Origin: Macrostomum lignano
Lineage: Eukaryota
Reading direction: 5' to 3'
Assembly (NCBI GenBank): GCA_002269645.1
Contig: NIVC01002959.1
Coordinates: 1-64,000 of the forward strand
Length of the DNA stretch: 64,000 bases
Shown here: piece by piece, positions 23,101 to 34,371 of the stretch
Layout of the letters: each line of letters opens with the position of its first letter
How positions within the stretch are numbered: the stretch's first letter is position 1
Made by a program: the position numbers and the translations under genes
Notes under the pieces: model-generated
What the model saw: the letters and a program-made list of their open reading frames with translations, nothing else
Told to the model about the DNA's origin: nothing
The model's database searches: none

Positions 23101-26100
23101 TTAAAACGATGAAAGACCGGTGATTCTGCGTATCTCCTCATAGGACACCCAGAAAGTCAGAGACCAGGGCGCCTGAAGAAGTTAGATAGTTTGATAGTTA
23201 GGATAGTCTTAAATTATGCTACTGTAAGTAGTTTTAGTTCAGGGAAATGTTAGCAAGGGCTTTCTGTAATATGGTTAGATAGTTAGGACAGTCCTGAATT
23301 ATGCTACTGTAAGTAGTTTTAGTTCAGGAAAATGTTAGCTAGGGGCTTTCTGTTATATGGTTAGATAGTTAGGACAGTCCTGAATTATGCTACTGTTAAC
23401 TAACTGTAAGTAGTTTTAGTTCAGGGAAATGTTAGCTAGGGACTTTCTGTTATAAGGTTAGAAAGTTAGAACAGCCCTGAATTATGCTACTGTAAGTAGT
23501 TTTAGTTCAGGGAAATGTTAGATTGCGGTTTTTCTTAAGGGCTAGATAAATAATAGGCGTGGGACCAGTTGAGAATAGCTCTGAACGTGCGCGCTTTTAT
23601 TTTGTAATTTCAAATACTAGGATTAAGGAACCACAAGATCAAAGATTGAAGCAAATTAAATAAGCGTAAACTCTCACCATTCGCATCCAGATTGGCACGA
23701 AGCCCTTGTACAGAGCGAAGAATCCCTCGTGTTTGACAGTCTGCACCAAGCAGTCCAGACTGCCCCGGTACAGGTGACCGGATGAGTCATTCATGACGCG
23801 AGTCTTCACCAGATCGGCCGGGGTGCCCAAGATTGCGGCCAGGAGACCTATTTGCGGGGATGAAATTGTAGGATAGTAAAAATATAGCAGGGAAAATGAG
23901 AATATTGCTTGGTATTTATAGTTGGTTGCAGAGCCCCTCGGTAGTAAAAGCGTGTTTTTACCTATGCTTATGGGTAAACGGCAGGAGTAACTATTACTAA
24001 ATGCCTAGGCTAAATGCTTCGTCATCTAATTAGTACTTCAAGCTAACTGCCGAATGAGTTTTTGCACAGAATCAAACCAGGGGTCGTGACGGACTACCGC
24101 TGAGCTGCTCAGCTCTCCTCATCACCAGAGATTAAGAATTGTGCTCACCTGAGCAGACAGAAGCGCAGGCGTGCAGCAGCATGGAGTCGGGCATTCCAGT
24201 GTGCCGCAGGAGGGCCCTCTTGCTCTGGTCGTAGGCCATCATGTCGGCCATGTTCACCAGGCAGGCGCGCTGCACGTTTGGCAGCCAGCCCTTCCACAGG
24301 CCAAGCAGGCCGCCGCTGCGTACCAGCTGCCTGAGAGCGTCCCGGCCGCTGTGGTAGCGAGCCGGCTGGCCTAGCAACCGCCTGCGGCCCTCAGTCTGCA
24401 TGGCAACCTGCGTTTATAAAGGGATTGGGGGATTCGTGAACATTCATCTGTGTGCGATAGGTGGATTGATTTATTGCTTGGTTGATAGGAAAGTACTAAT
24501 ATACGTTGATTGAATATTTACTTAATGGATTAATTGATTAATTGCTTCATTACCTGATTGCCTGATTGTTCAATTGTTTGATGGTTTGTTTGTTTGTTTG
24601 TTTCTTTTGATCGATTGTTTGATTGATCGTTTGATTGACTGTTTCGTGGTTTGTTTGTTTGATTGATTGTTTGATTGTTAGTTTGTTTGATTGATTGTTT
24701 GATGGTTTGTTTGTTTATTTGTTTGTTTGATTGTTAGTTTGTTTGATGGTTTGTTTGTTTATTTGTTTGTTTGATTGTTAGTTTGTTTGATGGTTTGTTT
24801 GTTTATTTGTTTGTTTGATTGTTAGTTTGTTTTATGGTTTGTTTGTTTATTTGTTTGTTTGATTGTTTGTTTGTTTTATGGTTTGTTTATTGTTTGTTTG
24901 TTTGTTTGTTTGATGGTTTGTTTGTTTATTTGTTTGTTTGATTGTTTGTTTGTTTTATGGTTTGTTTGTTCATTTGTTTGTTTGATTGTTTGTTTGTTTT
25001 ATGGTTTGTTTATTGTTTGTTTGGTTGATTGATTGTTTGATTAAATGATTGCTTGATTGATTGATTGTTTGTTTGATTAATTAATTGATTGATGATCGAC
25101 TGATTGTTTATTTATTTATTTGTTTGATTGATTGTTTGTTTGATGGTTTGTTTATTTGTTTGTTTGTTTATTTCATCGGTTGTTTATTTGTTTGGTTGAT
25201 TGATTGTTTGATTGATTGCTTGTTTACTTGTTGGATTGATTGTTTGATGGTTTTTTTTGTTTGATTCTTTGTTTAATTGATTCCAGGCTCTTATCCCGGC
25301 GGCCCAGATTCAGCTCCTGATTAGGAAACTGATTTGAACTTCTACATGATGTGTCTAAAAGTGCGATACGAATTTGTAACATGACTCCAGGACCGGTTTC
25401 TGAGTTATTTTCTCACTAGTGATCTGCCAAAACAAAGCGTCACCCCCTCACTAACTTTGACCAAATCCGCAGGCGAGGCAAAGAACTGCGCCAGGCCGCC
25501 CGCAGCGAGGCCACCAACCGCGGATTTCCAAGCCGCGTAGCGACCGTCACGATCCCGGCCCAGCACGTTCTCCCTGGTGGCCTCGTAGAACGCTGTGCGA
25601 CAGCCGGTGTACACAAAGTGACGGGCCACTGCCGGGCACAAGCCGCGAAACAGCTGGGTGGGACCTGTGGGGGCGATGGGCGAGCATGATTGTCATAAAT
25701 CATGATACTCATAAATCATGATACTCATAAATCATGATAGTCATAAATCATGAAAGTCATAAATCATACTAGTCATAAATCATGATAGTCATAAATCATG
25801 ATGGTCATAAATCATGATACTCAAAAATCATGATACTCATAAATCATGATAGTCATAAATCATGAAAGTCATAAATCATACTAGTCATAAATCACGATAG
25901 TCATAAATCATGATATTCATAAATCACGACATTCATAAATCACGACATTCATAAATCATGATAGTCATAAATCATGATGCTCATAAATCATAATAGTCAT
26001 AAATCATGATAGTCATAAATCATGATAATCATAAACCATGACACCCACAAATCATAATAGTCATAAATCACGATATTTATAAAAATCAAAATTCATAGCT

Positions 26101-28484
26101 CATAGATAAAAGCTTACATAAATATTTCCTGTGAATCTTTCCTGTCAGTCACACATTATAAATAAAAATACTATTTTAATGAGACATGAAATTATGACAC
26201 ATCAAATCCGCTCACCCTCCTCTGTAGCAATATTATATGCTGTACGCAGCATGCCAACCCGCTTCTGACCAGCAGACGAGGCCATCAATGGAGACGCTCC
26301 CGTAGTCTTGCCGGGGCCACTGCCTGCTAGCAGTTGCTCGTTGGTGATCTGCAGCCGAGTCTTCGTCAGGTCCAGCGGGTAGGTGGCTGACGGGAAGATG
26401 GAGTAGAGTGTGGATGGATACTTACTAGGCTTGGGTTTGTAGTAAACTATCCCATTGAATTTCATTGAACTACCCCATTGAATTTCAGTGAACTATCCCA
26501 TTGAATTTCAGTGAACTATCCCATTGAATTTCAGTAAACTATCCCATTGAATTTCAGTGAACTATCCCATTGAATTTCAGTGAACTACCCCATTGAATTC
26601 AGTGAACTACCCCATTGAATTTCATTGAACTACCCCATTGAATTTCAGTAAACTATCCCATTGAATTTCAGTGAACTATCCCATTGAATTTCAGTGAACT
26701 ATCCCATTGAATTTCAGTGAACTATCCCATTGAATTTCAGTGAACTACCCCATTGAATTTCAGTGAACTATCCCATTGAATTTCAGTGAACTATCCCATT
26801 GAATTTCAGTGAACTATCCCATTGAATTTCAGTGAACTATCCCATTGAATTTCAGTGAACTATCCCATTGAATTTCAGTGAACTACCCCATTGAATTTCA
26901 GTGAACTACCCCATTGAATTTCAGTGAACTATCCCATTGAAGTTCAGTGAACTACCCCATTGAATTTCATTGAACTACCCCATTGAATTTCAGTGAACTA
27001 CCCCATTGAATTTCAGTGAACTACCCCATTGAATTTCAGTGAACTACCCCATTGAATTTCAGTGAACTATCCCATTGAATTTCAGTGAACTATCCCATTG
27101 AATTTCATTGAACTACCCCATTGAATTTCAGTGATCTATCCCATTGAATTTCAGTGAACTATCCCATTGAATTTCAGTGAACTATCCCATTGAATTTCAG
27201 TGAACTACCCCATTGAATTTCATTGAACTACCCCATTGAATTTCAGTGAACTATCCCATTGAATTTCAGTGAACTACCCCATTGAATTTCATTGAACTAC
27301 CCCATTGAATTTCAGTGAACTATCCCATTGAATTTCAGTGAACTATCCCATTGAATTTCAGTGAACTATCCCATTGAATTTCAGTGAACTACCCCATTGA
27401 ATTTCATTGAACTACCCCATTGAATTTCAGTGAACTATCCCATTGAATTTCAGTGAACTATCCCATTGAATTTCATTGAACTACCCCATTGAATTTCATT
27501 GAACTACCCCATTGAATTTCAGTGAACTATCCCATTGAATTTCAGTGAACTACCCCATTGAATTTCAGTGAACTATCCCATTGAATTTCATTGAACTATC
27601 CCATTGAATTTCAGTGAACTACCCCATTGAATTTCAGTGAACTACCCCATTGAATTTCAGTGAACTATCCCATTGAATTTCAGTGAACTACCCCATTGAA
27701 TTTCAGTGAACTATCCCATTGAATTTCAGTGAACTACCCCATTGAATTTCAGTGAACTATCCCATTGAATTTCAGTGAACTACCCCATTGAATTTCAGTG
27801 AACTATCCCATTGAATTTCAGTGAACTATCCCATTGAATTTCAGTGAACTACCCCATTGAATTTCAGTGAACTACCCCATTGAATTTCAGTGAACTACCC
27901 CATTGAATTTCAGTGAACTACCCCATTGAATTTCAGTGAACTACCCCATTGAATTTCAGTGAACTACCCCATTGAATTTCAGTGAACTATCCCATTGAAT
28001 TTCAGTGAACTACCCCATTGAATTTCAGTGAACTACCCCATTGAATTTCAGTGAACTACCCCATTGAATTTCAGTGAACTACCCCATTGAATTTCAGTGA
28101 ACTATCCCATTGAGTTTCAGTGAACTACCCCATTGAATTTCAGTGAACTACCCCATTGAATTTCAGTGAACTATCCCATTGAATTTCAGTGAACTACCCC
28201 ATTGAATTTCAGTGAACTACCCCATTGAATTTCAGTGAACTACCCCATTGAATTTCAGTGAACTACTCCATTGAATTTCAGTGAACTACCCCATTGAATT
28301 TCAGTGAACTACTCCATCAAATATCAATGAGAATGAAACACTTAAACTTTCTAAATGTCAGCAAAAAATTGGAAAATCAAGTAAAAGAAGTAGTTAAAAA
28401 GATGCACCAACCTGTTTCAGCAATTGCTGCAGCACAGCAAGACAGTGCATAGCGAACACTGATATTGTAGAAATCCAATGACAT
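23101..28484 (-). CDS. SLC25A27: Mitochondrial uncoupling protein 4 (SLC25A27-like), 317 aa; join(28484..28412, 26386..26216, 25664..25456, 24407..24149, 23847..23678, 23172..23101)
   Basis: Six exons with GT-AG boundaries and compatible phases (1,1,0,1,0), 954 nt. Three carrier signatures: YPLDLTKTRLQ, SPADLVKVAMQ, TPADLVKTRVM. UCP4-type segments RYALSCCAAAIAETA, GLWKGWLPNVQRACLVNMADMMAYD and the C-terminus APWSLTFWVSYEEIRRITGLSSF. Confidence 0.93.
23182..23520. repeat. Tandem repeat, ~85 bp unit x ~4, UCP4 intron 5
   Basis: TTAGATAGTTAGGACAGTCCTGAATTATGCTACTGTAAGTAGTTTTAGTTCAGGGAAATGTTAG recurs. Confidence 0.85.
24520..25275. repeat. Degenerate (GTTT)/(GATT) microsatellite, UCP4 intron 3
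   Basis: Directly visible. Confidence 0.9.
25690..26080. repeat. Minisatellite, 16 bp unit (TCATAAATCATGATAG), UCP4 intron 2
   Basis: Directly visible. Confidence 0.92.
26441..28316. repeat. Minisatellite, 23 bp unit (CCCATTGAATTTCAGTGAACTAY), ~80 copies, UCP4 intron 1
   Basis: Directly visible. Confidence 0.97.
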
Positions 28485-29219
28485 TTTGTTTTTGAGATCC
28501 AGCTTTTCCACAATTTTTAACACTGCTTAGCCAAAAAGCAGTTCATTTTCTATTTAAATAAAATTAGCTTACTTTTAGTCTCAGACAATAGCTTGGGCAT
28601 GCCTTAGCCTGAAAAAATATTAATCTAATAATCTATTAATTTTACATTGAATGCCAATTTATTGTAACAAAATAGTTATTAAAAAATCTGATATTTAAAT
28701 TAAGACACACATGATGATTTATTGATGAATCTTTAATTTGTAAATAATTGATTCATAGGATCTTTGTCATTGCCAGATGCCATGGGAGAAACTATAGGTT
28801 AGCCATTCCATTTAGTTTTTCTAGTAAAACAAAAAAGTCTAATTTACCATTTTTTGTTTATTTTGAACAAGCCATGATCACTAAAATGGAAAATTATAGG
28901 GGGATTATAAACTGAAATATAGGTGAAACTTACTTGTTTAGAGCTAAAACAAACAGATGTTGTCACATTTTATTCTTTTGATCAAAACTATATGTACCAT
29001 TGTTGTTGGCTGTCATTGTTACTTAACTTAACTAAGTCTTCTTAGCACATATTCTAAATGTAGCCTTATATATAATATAGTTATAGGCATATAGCAAATG
29101 CAACTGTGGCAGTTGGGGCTGCCACTAACAGTTAATGAAACTTTTTCTCTAAATTTTGAAATTTAAAATTATTTTTTGATGCTTATTAAACCACCCCGTG
29201 ACCATTATTCGCTGTCCAC

Positions 29220-30041
29220 TGCATCAGGCAGACAACGACGCCGCCATACTCGCCCTGGGCAAATGGACAAGCAGAATCGTGCAATAAGAATATTAAGAAG
29301 GTGCTCGCCTGTCTCCTAGAAGATCATCAACAGTGGGACAAGATGCTGCCAGCCACTTTGACTGCACTAAGATCCGCTATCAATCGTACTACTGGATTTT
29401 CGCCGCACTATGTAGTCTACGGAGTGCCATATCGATACCCCATCGACAACACCCTAGACCGCCTGGATGTATCGGCTGACCTTCCAGAGTACATTGCCAA
29501 GCATCAGCGCAGACTGGCCGAGACCGAGCGTATTGTGCGCCAGCGACTGAGAGCAGAGATCCAACGTCGAGAAGAGTACTATGAGAACCGGCCAAAGCCT
29601 GTGGAACTGCAGCCTGGAGATCTGGTCTGCCTGGCCAACCCGAAGCTCGAATTGGGAGAACTGCCCAAGTTCCACCAGCCATTTAAGAGCATGTATAAGG
29701 TTGTTAAGAAAGTCGGCGAAGTTGCTTACTGGATCAGACCTGCCACCACACGACGAGGTCACCCAGCTGAAGTGCTTGTACACAGGAACAATATTATCAA
29801 AGTGCTGCAAACAATGGCTGAACGACCGCAGGAGCCGCCGCAACAGACTGAGCGGCCGATGTTGCCCTACAAGTCCAGCGAGGAAAGCGAATCGGATTCT
29901 GCTGATCAGCCCGCGCCGGAACCGCAGGCTGCAGCTCAGCCTGATCCGCGAGGCAGCCAACTCTTTGAACCGAGCCTGCGTCATCCCGAAAGTGCTAGAA
30001 GAACACGATCCGGACCTGCCAGACATTGGAATGGAGGTTGA
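29220..30041 (+). pseudogene. 5'-truncated Gypsy integrase (end of catalytic core plus GPY/F region)
   Basis: In frame with ORF 29301: IRQTTTPPYSPWANGQAESCNKNIKKVLACLLEDHQQWDKMLPATLTALRSAINRTTGFSPHYVVYG...PKFHQPFKSMYKVVKKVGEVAYWI. Confidence 0.9.
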
Positions 30042-31021
30042 AATTCAAGGTAATTATCCTTGGTGTTATGCGAAATTTAGCTATAATTTCTCCGCACACA
30101 CCCAAGTGCTGAAAGTTTTGCTCATCTCTGTAACATAATCGCGTATCAATTTCCAATTTCTTTGTAAAGCCTTCTCAGCTCCATATTCAAAACCAAAGGT
30201 AATTTTCAACCAGTCGGTTTAACTCTCTGTCTTTCCGCACCCGGGTCAGGCCCTCTTTGTTCAAGGCCATGTCCCCGGTGGGGGGGGGCACCTGAGGTGA
30301 ATCAAAGCTCCCATTCTCTGTTCAGATTGAGCCGAGCCTGGGAAAAATCTTCCCAGTGCCCTTTTCCTCCCCTCTGTTTGTATAGCTCCTTAGGGAGACC
30401 TGCATGCCTTCTAGTTATCTGTTTTTCTGCTATTTCTATATAAATTTTGGTTAGGCACCTTGATTTTGTTCTTTTGCCGCCATTTGTGTAATTCTAAAAC
30501 TTGTGTTTGCAATTCTATAGTTTCACAAGCGACCCCCATTCTTATGAGCCCAATTGGGGCCTTCTCATTTTCATCGATCCAAAGCCCAGCCTAAGATTTT
30601 TTAGACAAGGTGGCACCACACCCTAATCTCGTGGTTTACCAATTTTATGGCTCCTCCTCCTACCCCCCCCAGTCTCTCTGCGTAACCTCAATTGGAGTGC
30701 GCGGCGGGGGGTGGTATATCTGTTATTACCCAGCTTCTGGCCCTGCTGGCCAAAACCTGGCCTGTTGAAAAATATTTAAGGAGGCATTTAATTTTTATTT
30801 GAGCCTTAAATTGGTTAACTTTGACTCTGCCTCCGTGCAACATTTTCTAATTAAGCTATTTTCATTTGCTATAAATTGCAAGTTCCCTGTTTATAAATAT
30901 CTATTATTATAAATAAATATTAATTTAATAAATATTATTATAAATATTAATCCCTCTTTGCCTATTATTGACTGTTTATTCATCATCACTGCCAACTGTC
31001 AACTGCATATCCATTATTGCC

Positions 31022-31664
31022 ATGTACAACAATGCCAACTTGGGAGCAGCTAGCCACCCGACTCTGGCACCCGAACTCCCATCCGTACGAGTACCCTGGC
31101 TCCGCAGAGGCGAAACCAAGGAGCTGCAGACTCTATCTACCACGTTGACCGGTGTGGTCCCCATCCATCTGCAGCTAAAGGAAGAACTAGATGAAGCCCG
31201 GAGACTGGCGTCCTGGTGAGGGCGAATTCAGCGATGCACCCTGGCGCCTTCTACTGAAGCTGATGCGGCCCAAGCACACCCGCAACCTGCTTGATGAGCA
31301 ACTGCACCAAGCCAAAATCTGTTTACTACAGCGCGGAGGAACCCAGCGTCCAGCCCTGGCCTTTTTTCTCGCCATCGCCTATTGGGAGGTGGGCCATCTT
31401 GCCAACAAGTGGATTCTTTGCCTTAGTGTCTTTTGGGACATGGCCATGGCCAAATGCCCTGAGCGTCTGCAGTATGTCGATGGCCAAGTTCAGCTTGTAG
31501 GCTGGCTGTTGCGCCCAGCCCCACTGACCTTGGCCTCAACCAGCGCTCCACCAGACTTGGCCCCGCCGACTGCCAACTCGGCCGCTGCAAATGGTGGCCT
31601 GCCCCACGGCACCTGGCTGGCCAATCACGGCCGCGCTGTCGCCATGCGAGGACGTTTCCAATGA
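31022..31664 (+). pseudogene. Unknown accessory ORF inside the Gypsy element, probably one ~210-aa ORF split by a frameshift
   Basis: Overlapping GC-rich ORFs 31022-31219 and 31191-31664 between the integrase stop and the 3' LTR; no family recognised. Confidence 0.45.
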
Positions 31665-33429
31665 GGACCGGGAGGTCCGAAGCTTTTGAAAAAGGTGCGG
31701 CTCCCCCGAGACTATGGCAGTTGGGGCTGCCACTAACAGTTAATTAAACATTTTCTCTAAATTTTGAAATTTAAAATTATTTTTTGATGCTTATTAAACC
31801 ACCCTGTGATCATTCTCTGCTGTCCCCAGTTTTTGGCCCTGTGAGTCTACCTTGTGTCCCCAGTTGTTGGTATATTTCATCATTTTTCCCCATTCTTATG
31901 ATGGTTTTCCCACACCTTTCTTTGGCCTTTTGCGTCCCTTTTTTGGTAACTTTGTTTGACTCCCTATGTTTTCCGTGTTAAGGTTTCTGTTCTTTGCTTG
32001 GTCCCCGTGACCATTTTTTGCCCCCAGTGTTTGACCCCATTCAATTTAACTAAGATTTAATCTGTGCAAATTAACAACGGTGCTGATTCGAAGGCCTGAA
32101 CCACTCATACTCGACATTAAATCAAGCAAACACCAGATGATCCCACCCACAACCAAGAAATCTAATCTGCCCCCACCTCACAACTAAAAAACATATTTTT
32201 CAAAATTAAAGAAATATGCTAGTTTAACAAAATACAAGGGGTGTCCCAAAAGTTGGTGCACTTTCTTCATTATAGCCTTTTCTGACCAATCAGAAATATT
32301 TTTGTAGCAGCTAATAAGAGAATCATCTGCCCATTAAAATGACTTTCTATTTATTTCTGTATCTGCTAGCATTCTTGAAATCTGAGCACTTTTCTGCCCA
32401 AACCCCTGTGCTACTTCTATAAATTGCCATAGACAAAAGCTTTGTACCTGATGTACAAAACAATGAAACATTTAAATGAATCAATAAAACATCTGCAACA
32501 TGCTAGGTTTTTTGTGCGAATGGGTGCAAATAGCATCCTAGTCTTAAAAATTGCACCCTGAAATTTGACTCAAGGTGTCAAAAGCACACCAGAATTTTTT
32601 GCAAGGATGTGATGCAGATTTTACAATTTAATGTTATGGATGTCTTAAGTCTGTAACTTGTATTCTTAGAATTAGCCAGTCAACTAGACCTGGACAAGAT
32701 GAAGGTAAGGTCACAAGACACCAGACCAGATTAGTGTAGTGCTGCATTTCTAATTGCTATTGAGCTGACAGCTAAGTAAGCTGAGCTACTGAGCTGAGGC
32801 TGAGGGGAGAATTATAAGGAGATCAAACAATTAAGTTAAGCATTTGGAATTTGAATCATCATTGGATGGTTTGGATGGACAAAGACTTTGAAACACATTA
32901 GTATTAGACCAGTTTTTGTCTGTAGCAGTGCAGCGCATCCTGGTCTTGAAAATTGCACCTTGAAATCTAGCACAGGATGCAAAATCTCACCCAAGTTATG
33001 GACGAACCCAGGCAACATAAAGGTTGAGGAAATAACAGTAAAGTGATAGAACTACTTTAAACATGAGTCTCTATCTTCAAAACTCATTGGCTATATATAT
33101 AGTTGGGATTAGAATAGTGGGACCTTGCTATCAGACTACAACCAAAGCTATCAATTTTCTATCTAGGGTGGGTCTGAGGGCAAGGTCTGAATCTGATCCC
33201 CTTTTATCCTGGTATCAATATCTTGGGCCATAGCTTTGTAAGCTTTGAAGTGGCATATAAAAAAGTATGTCTTTTACCCAAGCCTATATACCACATTCCA
33301 ATCCAGAGCTCACAGTCTGGAGTAAAAATATTTTACTCTGATCTATGACTACATGTATTTTATTATTGAAAGCCCTTTAAAATCAGATTAGATGGCCTTG
33401 TAAACCAAAATTATACCAACAAGGTAAGA

Positions 33430-33597
33430 ATTTTTTAATCCTGGGATCCTGGCCTAATTTGTTGAGATCTTAGTAGCCTTTAGGTTTGGCAAAGTCTAGG
33501 ATATCTCAATCCTAAGAATCCTAGGAATTTTTAAGTCCAAGATATCCCAATCCCAAGAATACTAGGATTGACAAAACTTGAAATTTTGTATTCCCTA
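33430..33597. mobile_element. Decayed copy of the ATCCCGGGAT hAT-MITE family
   Basis: 33558-33597 (AATACTAGGATTGACAAAACTTGAAATTTTGTATTCCCTA) aligns without gaps to the reverse complement of 8673-8712, with CCGG changed to CTAG and TCGG to TTGA. Confidence 0.6.
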
Positions 33598-34371
33598 TTT
33601 TATTCATTAAAAAAACTAGGCCCTATTAAACTTTCAGGTCTTTTTTTTCCTAGGCCTAGCTGCACTAAAAGGGCTGTAGCCTATAGGTCAAATGGGCAAT
33701 AGATCAAAAAGGTAATAATCAAAAGAGCGACAGTCAAAAGGACAATAATCATAATGTATTAATTACAATTACAAGTTCACATTAGAATTCAATGTTTAAA
33801 ATATATTTATTAAAATATATGAATAAGGCCTAGCCAGCCTAGTTAAAACTAGGTTTAGACTTATATATATTATAGATGCATATTTGCTAACATTTTTTAA
33901 ATTTACAAGTAATAGTAGTATGAATTTGCAATCTATTTTATGATTCCTAGCTACCTACTGAAAAGCTTTATGAATATAAATAGACCTATAACTTTAAGAA
34001 AGGTAGAACCTATCAAAAGATGAACATTGACTTTTTGAGTCTAGACTAAAAGCAATTGAATAATAACTTTCTATGCTAAAAATGAAAACATGCTATGTCC
34101 ACTATATATTTTTTGGAAACTGCCTTATAAAATTTTCTAAGAAATGGAGTTTCCTGTGTTTCAATATTGATACCTAAGTAGGGCCTAGTCCTTGGTGGAT
34201 TAGTATATATGCATATAGTTGTGGAATGCCATATGTATGCCAATACATCCAATTATAAAAATCTAAGATGTACATTTTAACTACTTGTGTTATACATTTT
34301 TAACAAAATTCATTTTAACAAATACACATGTTGACATTCTAATACATGTGCCATGGACTTATAATTGTTAT

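Larger units (their letters stand above)
29105..32180 (+). mobile_element. Internally deleted Ty3/Gypsy LTR retrotransposon
   Basis: TG...CA ends with 4-bp TSD CAAC (29101-29104 and 32181-32184). 5' LTR remnant 29105-29217 matches the start of a 468-bp 3' LTR 31713-32180 (about 10 differences by eye). Integrase C-half follows the truncated 5' LTR directly. Confidence 0.8.

Noticed and set aside
26441-28316. CRISPR-like array or information-bearing variant pattern in the 23-bp repeats
   Set aside because: No unique spacers, eukaryotic intron context; unit variants (T/C, G/T) fit normal minisatellite turnover.
29105-31826. 113-bp direct repeat as a giant target-site duplication or DIRS/Ngaro split repeat
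   Set aside because: A 4-bp CAAC TSD with TG...CA ends and a DDE integrase fit a deleted LTR element better; no tyrosine recombinase is seen.
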